A DNA stretch of 51,371 nt from an uncultured Burkholderiaceae bacterium (lineage in GTDB: Bacteria > Pseudomonadota > Gammaproteobacteria > Burkholderiales > Burkholderiaceae_F). The position numbers and the translations under genes were made by a program. The notes below the pieces were generated by a model. The model worked only from the letters and a program-made list of their open reading frames with translations. It had not been told where the DNA came from and made no database searches. The DNA is taken from NCBI GenBank assembly GCA_964616395.1, contig CAZTUT010000003.1, positions 1-51,371 on the forward strand. Reading direction: 5' to 3'. The stretch's first letter is position 1. The number at the start of each line of letters is the position of its first letter. Positions 27,334 to 35,192 of this stretch are shown piece by piece.

Positions 27334-27492
27334 TCACAAGCGGCCCATCAAGAGCAACACGATGATGATGATCAACACCACGCCCACCACGCCGCTTGGC
27401 GCGTAGCCCCAACTGCGGCTATGCGGCCACGTCGGGATGACGCCGAGCAGGATCAGGATCAGAACGATCAACAGGATTGTGCCCAGGCTCAT
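27334..27492 (-). CDS. DUF3309-family small membrane protein (52 aa)
   Basis: MSLGTILLIVLILILLGVIPTWPHSRSWGYAPSGVVGVVLIIIIVLLLMGRL matches the DUF3309 pattern (PTWP.SR.WGY.PSG). An AAGGAGAAG SD lies directly upstream of the internal ATG 27492. Confidence 0.85.
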   Translation of the reverse strand: MSLGTILLIVLILILLGVIPTWPHSRSWGYAPSGVVGVVLIIIIVLLLMGRL

Positions 27493-27514
27493 GACTTCTC
27501 CTTCATGCTGTTTC

Positions 27515-27652
27515 CCGTGTTCGAACACGGTCCGAAATGCAGTCGGCGTAAACGCCCTCTTCTGCACCTCCAAGAAAAGGGTAGGCCCATGCACAGCAAT
27601 GTTCTGTTCGCTGGCGAACACTGCTGAGGTGTCTGCGCGTCACGCACGTGAC
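27515..27652. promoter_or_regulatory. Three perfect palindromes in the divergent spacer (candidate operator sites)
   Basis: The palindromes are CCGTGTTCGAACACGG (27515-30), TGTTCGCTGGCGAACA (27605-20) and GTCACGCACGTGAC (27639-52). The first two share TGTTCG/CGAACA arms. Confidence 0.35.
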
Positions 27653-27731
27653 CCGCATCAACCGCGAGCGGATCGCTGCCCGGTGCCATCGGATTACCCG
27701 GGCGGATGACCCCCAGGCGGCGGATCGAACT

Positions 27732-27757
27732 GTTCGGCAACCTACCGTTCGGCAACC
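27732..27757. repeat. Direct repeat GTTCGGCAACC x2 (15-bp period)
   Basis: Copies lie at 27732-42 and 27747-57. They share the GTTCG core with the nearby palindromes. Confidence 0.5.
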
Positions 27758-27974
27758 CACAGACGGCACTGCAGGATCGGCCTAGATTTCGTTTGTCTGG
27801 TGAGCGTCCGGTGCGCGATTGATCGTCGCTCGCCGGATCTGAATAGGCAGCTCGCCGGACCGATGCGATCGGCAGCGCGTTTGGGCCGGTCGATTGCCCT
27901 CGCCCTCCGGCCGTTCTCCATGGGTTGCCTTGCCGGGCGACCCGAGGAGGAGGCCGAACCAACCAGGAACCTTA

Positions 27975-28184
27975 ATGAACACCCTGCGTGCACTTGCTGC
28001 TGCAACCACCTCACTGGCCTCACTGCTCGCCGCGGACGTCGCCATGGCGCGGAACGGACACATGATGAACTACGACACCTGGGGCCACGGCTGGACTGGC
28101 GGATACGTTGGCATCGGCATGCTGATCCTGCTCGTCGCGGTCGCTGGCCTCATCGCATGGATCGTCAAGTCGCGCACCAAATGA
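27975..28184 (+). CDS. Small exported/membrane protein (69 aa), unknown family
   Basis: The signal-like N-terminus is MNTLRALAAATTSLASLLAADVAMA. A His/Trp/Gly segment NGHMMNYDTWGHGWTGG follows, then one TM (IGMLILLVAVAGLIAWIV) and KSRTK. The start is at the internal ATG 27975. Confidence 0.6.
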   Translation: MNTLRALAAATTSLASLLAADVAMARNGHMMNYDTWGHGWTGGYVGIGMLILLVAVAGLIAWIVKSRTK

Positions 28185-28238
28185 TCGGATGCCCTGCGCG
28201 AGGCGCATCCTGAAATCGGTATGCGGCCGGTCACCGGC

Positions 28239-29009
28239 CTACGCCGTCTGATCTGCCGTTTCCGCCCGGCTTGCTCTGGCTGACGTTGCAGCGAGTGGCC
28301 TGCTGGGGGTGAGCAGCCGGTCGTACTCGTTCCTGACCACTGCGTAGCACTCGCAACTGCTCCGCTCGAGCCCTGCGCGGTCGAGCACCGTGATGTGCCC
28401 GCGCCTGTAACGGATCAAGCCGGCCCGCTGCAGCTTCAATGCGCCTTCGGTCACGCCTTCGCGGCGCACGCCGAGCATGTTGGCAATCAGTTCCTGCGTC
28501 ATCGCGATTTCGTTGCCCGCGAGGCGATCGAGGCTGAGCAACAGAAAGCGGCACAGTTGCTGGTCGAGCGAGTGATGGCGGTTGCAGACGGCCGTTTGCG
28601 AGATCTGCGTGATCAGCGCCTGGGTGTAACGCAGAAGCACGTCCATCAACGGCCCGGCAAGATCGAATTCGTGCTTCAGAGCGTTCGCAGCCAACCGCAG
28701 GCCCTTGCCTGCGCTGTACGCGACGGCGCGGCTCGGTGTCGAGTCACCCCCCATGAACAGCGCCACGCCGACGACACCCTCGCGCCCGACGAGGGCAATC
28801 TCACCGGGCGCCCCGTCATCCATCTCATACAAGAGCGACACGAGGCCCGCTATCGGAAAGTAGGCATGACTCATCGTCCTACCCGACTCACAGATCACTT
28901 GGCCAAACGGCACGTCAACCGGTTCGAGACAGGGCAGCAGCCGCTGCACTTGCGCCGGCGGCAGCGCCGCCAGCAGGCTATTGCCTTGCACGTACGAAGC
29001 AAGATCCAT
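28239..29009 (-). CDS. Crp/Fnr-family transcriptional regulator (paralog 1)
   Basis: It has a cNMP-binding beta-roll (HAYFPIAGLVSLLYEMDDGAPGEIALVGREGVVG) and a C-terminal HTH (QELIANMLGVRREGVTEGALKLQRAGLI). There is no FNR-type N-terminal Cys cluster. The start is at the internal ATG 29009. Confidence 0.85.
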   Translation of the reverse strand: MDLASYVQGNSLLAALPPAQVQRLLPCLEPVDVPFGQVICESGRTMSHAYFPIAGLVSLLYEMDDGAPGEIALVGREGVVGVALFMGGDSTPSRAVAYSAGKGLRLAANALKHEFDLAGPLMDVLLRYTQALITQISQTAVCNRHHSLDQQLCRFLLLSLDRLAGNEIAMTQELIANMLGVRREGVTEGALKLQRAGLIRYRRGHITVLDRAGLERSSCECYAVVRNEYDRLLTPSRPLAATSARASRAETADQTA

Positions 29010-29496
29010 CGCGCACCTCGTCAAACCCGCGTAGCTCCTCGCGGGTGCGTGATCAGCGTAGGGTCCTGGGGCGCCCGGGCCAATGATGAAACTCAGATGA
29101 ACGCGAATTGGTATCCGACGCCTGATTCGGAACCGAGCGTGTTTGCCCTTGTTTGCCTGCCCAGGGCAACGCAAATCGAGGGCGAGATCTGAGGAAAGCT
29201 CGTGCCGGCTGTGCGGTCACGTCAGTCAGGCAGCGCGGGCCGAACCGATGCCATGACAGGTCCGGTGGCGCGCCGATGAGCCCCCGGGGCTGCGCCAAGG
29301 GGCAAATCCGTGAGCACAGCGCAACAGGTAGTCCACGAAGCCGGCCGAACCGCGCCCTGACTCGACCGCGTCGCGACGCATTCCAGGAGGCATCGGCGCA
29401 ATGCGGACGCACGTCTCATCAGTGTGCGGCCGGACTGATGCCGGCGATCAGGACGGTCTCGACAGGATCCGGAGCATCCGCAATGCCAGCCACGAT

Positions 29497-29529
29497 CAGG
29501 GCAAGCGGAACTTGCCGACGCTTGCCCTG
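29497..29529. repeat. Perfect 11-bp inverted repeat (hairpin) in a long non-coding spacer
   Basis: The arms are CAGGGCAAGCG (29497-507) and CGCTTGCCCTG (29519-29). The 11-nt loop, gaacttgccga, contains a second CTTGCC that could pair alternatively with GGCAAG. Confidence 0.5.
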
Positions 29530-29696
29530 ACCTCTGCAAGGCAACTGGCCGTTGCGTCACCCGCGATGGCGTCACACGTCCCGGCGACCACCTCGTCGTC
29601 GGAATCTCGCCAGGTTGTTGCGGCGTCTGACCGGGCCTCGCCGATTTCCTTGCCCGTCATGGCGCTCGTCATCGCCGTCGCGCTGACGGCGGTGCG

Positions 29697-29745
29697 ACAA
29701 CAAATCGTGGCAACAGCCGCCCGACGCGAAGTCGGGCAGCGGCTG
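29697..29745 (-). terminator. Candidate intrinsic terminator of the BON-domain gene
   Basis: The interrupted 12-bp stem is CAGCCGC+CCGAC / GTCGG+(gca)+GCGGCTG, 15 nt after the stop. On the minus strand it is followed by TTGCCACGATTTGTTGT. Confidence 0.5.
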
Positions 29746-29759
29746 CCGTAGGGCCTCGG

Positions 29760-30074
29760 CTACTTGATCCGCAGATCGTTCTTGACCGACCTCACGCCAC
29801 CGACCGCGCGGGTCACCTCGACCGACTTGTTGATCTCGGCCTGCGTCTTGACGAAGCCGCTCAGTTGAACCGTACCCTTGAAGGTCTCGACATTGATTTC
29901 CGCGACCTTCAGCGAAGGCTCGTTGAAAATGGCGGCCTTCACCTTGGCGGTGATGACCGAGTCGTCGACGTACTCACCGGTGCCTTCCTGCTGCGACGTC
30001 GACGCGCAGCCCCCCGTCATGACCAGCGCACTGCCAAGGAAGATTGCACAGACGATATTGTTCAGTTGTTTCAT
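29760..30074 (-). CDS. BON-domain lipoprotein (OsmY-like)
   Basis: The lipobox is LVMTGGCAS. The BON domain reads DDSVITAKVKAAIFNEPSLKVAEINVETFKGTVQLSGFV...VRSVKNDLRIK. A GGAG SD is present. GC is lower than in the flanks. Confidence 0.9.
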   Translation of the reverse strand: MKQLNNIVCAIFLGSALVMTGGCASTSQQEGTGEYVDDSVITAKVKAAIFNEPSLKVAEINVETFKGTVQLSGFVKTQAEINKSVEVTRAVGGVRSVKNDLRIK

Positions 30075-30436
30075 GATGACTCCAAGGTGTTGCGGTTAAG
30101 CGGAACTTCCCTGCTCCGGCATCCGCTCGTCCCGCGGTAGCCCTTGATCAGTGCGTCCGCTGGTAGCGGCGCAGCGCCCGTTGGGCTTCACCGGTGGGTC
30201 GAAAGGCAGCCGGTCGGAGGAGCACCGTTGCGTAAATCCCATCAGGCCTACACCCTAGCGAAGCGCTGTGGCCCTGTCGGTGCGCTAGCGCTCATTGATC
30301 CGCGCATCACGCATGTGAGTCAGTGCGCTACCGCACAAACACGGGCTCGCGAGCGCCCTATAGTGAGCGCATCAGTGCGGCGGTCCTGCGGTCATCCGCC
30401 AAGGCGTCTTCGCCCAGTGACATGGGAGTCCGAGCA

Positions 30437-31168
30437 ATGAAGCTTCAACAGCCCAAGCACACCTCTCCAGCGCAGAATCATCTGCTGGCGGCACTGACTG
30501 CGCCTGAGCAGGAACGCCTGTTCCCGCAACTCGAGCTTGTGCCCATGCCGCTGGGCATGGTCGTGCACGAGTCGGGCAGCCGCCTCGGCCATGTGTACTT
30601 CCCCACCACCTGCATCGTTTCGCTGCTGTACGTGATGGAAGACGGCGCCTCGGCCGAGATCGCCGTCGTCGGTAACGAAGGGCTGGTCGGCGTCGCGCTG
30701 TTCATGGGCGGCGAGACGACACCGAGCCGGGCCGTCGTGCAAAGCGCGGGCTACGCCTACCGCCTCGCCGGCGCCCGCCTGAAGGAGGAGTTCGGTCGCA
30801 ACGGCTCGATGCAACACCTGATGTTGCGCTACACGCAAGCGCTGCTGACGCAGATGGCGCAGACCGCAGTCTGCAACCGGCACCACTCGGTCGACCAGCA
30901 ACTGTGCCGCTGGCTGCTGCTCAGTCTCGACCGCCTGCCGTCCAACGAACTGACGATGACCCAGGAGTTGATCGCCAACATGCTCGGTGTACGCCGCGAG
31001 GGCGTGACCCAGGCGGCCGGCCATCTGCAGGCCGCGGGACTCATCAAGTACAGCCGCGGGCGCATCACCGTGATCGACCGGCCCGGCCTCGAGCAGCGCG
31101 TTTGCGAATGCTATGCGGTCGTCAAGAAGGAGTTCGATCGACTGTTGCCCTACCTGCCGGTCCGCTGA
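30437..31168 (+). CDS. Crp/Fnr-family transcriptional regulator (paralog 2, close to paralog 1)
   Basis: The architecture matches paralog 1, with long identical stretches (TAVCNRHHS.DQQLCR.LLLSLDRL, MTQELIANMLGVRREGVT). GGGAG lies 8 nt before ATG 30437. Confidence 0.85.
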   Translation: MKLQQPKHTSPAQNHLLAALTAPEQERLFPQLELVPMPLGMVVHESGSRLGHVYFPTTCIVSLLYVMEDGASAEIAVVGNEGLVGVALFMGGETTPSRAVVQSAGYAYRLAGARLKEEFGRNGSMQHLMLRYTQALLTQMAQTAVCNRHHSVDQQLCRWLLLSLDRLPSNELTMTQELIANMLGVRREGVTQAAGHLQAAGLIKYSRGRITVIDRPGLEQRVCECYAVVKKEFDRLLPYLPVR

Positions 31169-31225
31169 TCGCGTCTTTGCCACGACTGCGCCTCCCCGGC
31201 TCACCTGTTGCTCGAGGAGAGCCCG

Positions 31226-31948
31226 ATGTCTGCCACCCGGCGCCTGGCGCCACTGAAACCACTGAACCGACTGCTCGCCGCGTTGCCTCGCACCGAAGCG
31301 CGCCGCCTGCTGGCGGGCTGCGACGAAGCCGAGCTGGCGTTCGGCGAGGTGTTGTACGAACCCGGCGCTCGCATCCGGCATGTCTATTTCCCGACCGGCG
31401 GCTTCGTCTCGCTGATGATTCCGGTTGACGGCACGACCAGCCTCGAGGTTGGACTGGTCGGCGATGAAGGGATGCTCGGCGTGCCCCTGATACTCGGCGT
31501 CGATGTATCGCCGCTGCGGGCTCTGGTGCAGGGCGCAGGACCAGCCTGGCGCATGCGCACGGAGGCGTTCACCACCGCTCTCGATCGCAGCCCGGCGCTG
31601 CGCCGCTTGCTGCTGCGCTACCTGCAGGTACGGATGACCCAGCTATCGCAGACAGCCGCGTGCACCCGCTTTCACGTAGTCGAGGAGCGGCTGGCGCGCT
31701 GGCTGCTGATGACGCAGGATCGCGCGCACTCCGATGCGTTCCGCGTGACGCACGCCTTCCTCGCCTACATGCTGGGGGTGCGGCGCGTGGGCGTGACCAA
31801 GGCGGCCAATGCACTGCAGACGCGCAAGCTGATCAGCTATCACCGCGGTGCCATCGTGATCCTCGATCGCGCCGGCATGGAAACCGCGGCCTGCGGCTGC
31901 TACCGGGCCGATCGGAGCGCCTATGAAAGCCTGTTAGCTGCCGCCTGA
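31226..31948 (+). CDS. Crp/Fnr-family transcriptional regulator (paralog 3, more divergent)
   Basis: It has a cNMP-binding-like N-terminus (HVYFPTGGFVSLMIPVDG) and an HTH (AYMLGVRRVGVTKAANALQTRKLI). GAGGAGAG precedes ATG 31226. The track start at 31208 is a TTG. Confidence 0.8.
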   Translation: MSATRRLAPLKPLNRLLAALPRTEARRLLAGCDEAELAFGEVLYEPGARIRHVYFPTGGFVSLMIPVDGTTSLEVGLVGDEGMLGVPLILGVDVSPLRALVQGAGPAWRMRTEAFTTALDRSPALRRLLLRYLQVRMTQLSQTAACTRFHVVEERLARWLLMTQDRAHSDAFRVTHAFLAYMLGVRRVGVTKAANALQTRKLISYHRGAIVILDRAGMETAACGCYRADRSAYESLLAAA

Positions 31949-32392
31949 GCGCTCGTCTAGGCCAACGATGTGACCCAATCCCAGGATGCCGGATCGTCAG
32001 GGTGACCGAGTCGCTGTGACGGGTGACGCCCACCGCGATGCTGTTGTCAGCTGGGAAGAAGGCAGCCACCGCTGGCGTGGATCAGGCCTGGAAGGCTCGC
32101 ACAACGTTGAGGCGACGGCGGACTCAGTCCCAGGTTCGTCAGAAGCCAGTCGACCACTGGCCGCGCCAGGATGGCACGATGCTCTTGAGCACCCCCGGCG
32201 ACGAGCGGTGCAACGTTTCGACGGGCACTGGCAGGGCTCGACGCCCCAGGTGGCTGGCTTGCGCCGCCAAGGTCAGGACATTGCCGCCGACCGGGCGGCA
32301 GCCAGGGGCTCGCCGCCCGGCGGTGTGCCGTAAAGCGCTTATTCCCGGGGCGCGCGAACACCTTTCGGAGGAGCGACAGACGCCCCGAGCGA

Positions 32393-33190
32393 TCAGCGCG
32401 ACCTGCTGCCTGCGCAAGCCGCGCGCCTGACAACGATCATGCTGTTGTCGCCGAGCAGCGTGTCCGGCCGATGCAGCACCACATACTCGACGACGTAATC
32501 CCGACCCTGGAAGAACGACTTGAACTTGAGAAGATCCGCCAAGGTGACATCTTCGATCACATAGATGCCGGACGCGGAGAGTCGATCGATCGAGTGCAGA
32601 AAGAGCGTCGAGCCTGCCTCAAAGGTGTGAAGTCCGTCATCGATCATCAGATCGAAATCGGCTTCGCCGACCTCGCTCCAGAACGCCGTGATCGCTCGCG
32701 GGTCCAGCTGATCGACGTAGAACGTCTTGATCCTCTCCTCGCTGAAGAGGATGTCTCTGTCGATATCCGCCCCGTAAACCATCGCGTTCGGGAAGTAGTC
32801 TCTCCAGACCCGAAGCGAAGCGCCGGGCTTGCCCCGGGCGCCCATCGACGAAGGCAGATCCGGATTGTTCGTCCCCAGTCCGCACTCGAACACCTTTCGC
32901 ACGTCCTGCCTGCAGTGCCGAAACAGGCGACTGTAGAGATCAGCGAAGGTGTGCGGATGCCAGTCGTACGCATGGCTGCCCGCGGATACCGATCCCTTGT
33001 CGGATCCGTGCAAGTCGCAGAGGACTGCGATCTCATCGTCGACATTCTTCGCGTAGAACGTCGTCATGCTGTAGCCGAGGCCATCGGCCAGCTTGTCCGC
33101 CCGCCGGGAAAGGCGCCGCCGGTCGGAATAGCGACGGATCGCCCCGCCGAAAATCAAGCTGTCGATCCTGTGGATCGGCTTTTCAAACAT
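32393..33190 (-). CDS. Class I SAM-dependent methyltransferase (sugar/small-molecule O-methyltransferase-like), low-GC gene
   Basis: The pattern HGSDKGS...FECGLG...GASLRVWRDYFPNAMVYGADID...IDDGLHTF...ASGIYVIED is typical of Rossmann methyltransferases found in glycan/antibiotic tailoring clusters. A GGAGG SD is present. A/T-ending codons are visibly more frequent than in neighbours. Confidence 0.7.
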   Translation of the reverse strand: MFEKPIHRIDSLIFGGAIRRYSDRRRLSRRADKLADGLGYSMTTFYAKNVDDEIAVLCDLHGSDKGSVSAGSHAYDWHPHTFADLYSRLFRHCRQDVRKVFECGLGTNNPDLPSSMGARGKPGASLRVWRDYFPNAMVYGADIDRDILFSEERIKTFYVDQLDPRAITAFWSEVGEADFDLMIDDGLHTFEAGSTLFLHSIDRLSASGIYVIEDVTLADLLKFKSFFQGRDYVVEYVVLHRPDTLLGDNSMIVVRRAACAGSRSR

Positions 33191-33363
33191 TACGACATGC
33201 CTCCAATCGCGAAAGCAGGGATCCTACCTGCACAGCGGTCAACCGGACCACGCCGACAGCGCCAATCGACCGTGCGGGCAGGCGGCGCAGGGCGCCTGCC
33301 GTATTTCGCGCTCCCATTCGTAGCGCGAGCACGACAACAAAGCAAATCTTCGCAAGACGGACC

Positions 33364-33954
33364 TCAGTCGATCCGGCAGGCCTCGTCGAACGACAGTCGC
33401 GGGCTGCGAGGAAAGAGCTTGCTCGCATCGCCATAGCCAAGATTGCACAGGAAATTCGAGCGAACCGACGTATCCGCGAAGAACTCGGCGTCGACCCGGG
33501 CGTTGTCGAAGCCGGACATCGGCCCGCAGTCCAGCCCGATCGAGCGCGCCGCCAGCATCAGGTAAGCACCCTGCAACGACCCGTTGAGCAGCGCCGCCCG
33601 GGCGCTGAACTCCGGCTTGCCAACGAACCACGACCGCGCGTCCGCATGGGGAAACAGCTGCGGCAGCTTCTCGTAGAACGCCATGTCGTGGCCGATGATG
33701 GCCGTGACCGGCGCGCTCATCGTCTTGTCGACGTTGCCGGGCGCAAGCGCCGGCCGCAGCCGCTCCTTGGCCTCCGGGCTGCGTACGAACACAATGCGGG
33801 CCGGCGAGCAGTTGGCGCTGGTCGGCGCCATTTTCATCAGGTCGTACAACGCGTGAAGCTGCGCATCGGAGACGGCACGCGGCAACCAGCCGTTATGGGT
33901 GCGCGCGGCGTTGAAAAGCTGGTCGAGGGCGGCGGAGTCGAGGGGTGCTGTCAT
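33364..33954 (-). CDS. RutE-family nitroreductase (malonic semialdehyde reductase-like)
   Basis: At 196 aa it is collinear with E. coli RutE: [78 protein letters not shown]-like end. It is not in a rut operon context. Confidence 0.85.
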   Translation of the reverse strand: MTAPLDSAALDQLFNAARTHNGWLPRAVSDAQLHALYDLMKMAPTSANCSPARIVFVRSPEAKERLRPALAPGNVDKTMSAPVTAIIGHDMAFYEKLPQLFPHADARSWFVGKPEFSARAALLNGSLQGAYLMLAARSIGLDCGPMSGFDNARVDAEFFADTSVRSNFLCNLGYGDASKLFPRSPRLSFDEACRID

Positions 33955-34082
33955 CGGAGCGGAGAAGATCGGTCAGAGAAATAGAGCGGTCGATTGTAGT
34001 GAGCAAGCCGGTAACATCAGATCAGCGCCTGAAATCCGCGCATCAATCCTGACTGCCATTGGCCCGCAGGGCCGACGCTTCG

Positions 34083-35141
34083 ATGTCTTCTCAGTCCCCG
34101 ACGGTTTCGCCAGACAGCACGGCATCGGCCGGTACCGTGCTCGTCACCGGCGCAGCCGGCTACATCGGCACGCATACGCTGGTGGAACTGCTTGCAGCAG
34201 GCTACGACGCCGTCTGTGTCGACAACTTCTGTAACAGTTCGCCCACGGCGATCGAGCGCGTGCAGGAAATCAGCGGCCGCAAGGCCGTATTCGAGCAGCT
34301 CGATGTCCGCGACGGCGCAGCACTCGACCGGCTGCTGACCCGGCACCCGGTCGACAGCGTGATTCACTTCGCTGCGCTCAAGGCGGTGGGCGAGTCGGTC
34401 GCGCAGCCGCTGGCTTACTACGACAACAACGTGGGCGGCACGCTCAGCCTGCTGGGCGCCTGCCGCCGCGCCGGCGTGTCGAAGTTCGTGTTCAGTTCCA
34501 CCGCCACCGTCTACGGAACGCCCGCAAGGCTGCCGCTGACCGAGGACATGCCCATCGCGCCGCTGCATCCGTATGCGACGAGCAAGGTCATGGCCGAGCA
34601 GATGCTGCGCGACCTGTGCGTGGCCGATCCGTCGATGGCTGCGATCTCGCTGCGCTACTTCAACCCGATCGGCGCGCATCCGTCGGGGCTGATCGGCGAA
34701 GACCCGCGCGACATTCCGAACAATCTCTTCCCGTTCATCACGCAGGTGGCCATCGGCAAGCGGCCGCGGCTGGCGATATTCGGTAACGACTGGCCTACGC
34801 CCGACGGCACCGGTGTGCGCGACTACCTGCACGTGGTCGATCTGGCGCGCGGCCACGTGGCGGCGCTGGCGCATGCGGCACGCCGGCCGGGCTTCGATGC
34901 AATCAACCTGGGGACCGGAGAAGGCACCAGCGTGCTGCAACTCGTGGCCGCGTTCGAGCAGGCGACCGGACAGTCGATTCCGCGCGAGGTCGTGGCACGC
35001 CGCCCCGGCGACATCGCCGCATTCTGGGCCGACGCGTCGAAGGCTCGGCGGCTGCTTGGGTGGAAAGCGGAGCTGTCAATCGCGCAGGCTTGCGCCAGCG
35101 GCTGGCACTGGCAGCAGCACAATCCCGACGGCTATCGCTGA
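34083..35141 (+). CDS. galE: UDP-glucose 4-epimerase
   Basis: It has the motifs VLVTGAAGYIGTHT (NAD-binding GxxGxxG), the SSTATVYG region, YATSKVMAE (YxxxK) and DGTGVRDYLHVVDLA. The start is at ATG 34083. Confidence 0.9.
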   Translation: MSSQSPTVSPDSTASAGTVLVTGAAGYIGTHTLVELLAAGYDAVCVDNFCNSSPTAIERVQEISGRKAVFEQLDVRDGAALDRLLTRHPVDSVIHFAALKAVGESVAQPLAYYDNNVGGTLSLLGACRRAGVSKFVFSSTATVYGTPARLPLTEDMPIAPLHPYATSKVMAEQMLRDLCVADPSMAAISLRYFNPIGAHPSGLIGEDPRDIPNNLFPFITQVAIGKRPRLAIFGNDWPTPDGTGVRDYLHVVDLARGHVAALAHAARRPGFDAINLGTGEGTSVLQLVAAFEQATGQSIPREVVARRPGDIAAFWADASKARRLLGWKAELSIAQACASGWHWQQHNPDGYR

Positions 35142-35192
35142 CGCCGCATCGGCCGCGGCCAACGCCAGACCGCCGGAAACAGCGGCGCAGGA

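Noticed and set aside
29496-29672. 58-aa minus-strand ORF (MTSAMTGKEIGEARSDAATTWRDSDDEV...) in the long spacer
   Set aside because: It has no SD sequence, no recognisable family, and no TM or signal features. Its 3' end is the 11-bp hairpin. GC3 is compatible with coding, but that is also true of the opposite-strand ORF 29401-29751.
31950-32392. Possible pseudogene downstream of the methyltransferase (minus-strand fragments such as GGNVLTLAAQASHLG.., FFPADNSIAVGVTRHSD..)
   Set aside because: The fragments switch frame and match nothing I recognise. A remnant cannot be distinguished from random high-GC ORFs without blastx. It is mentioned only under the low-GC finding.
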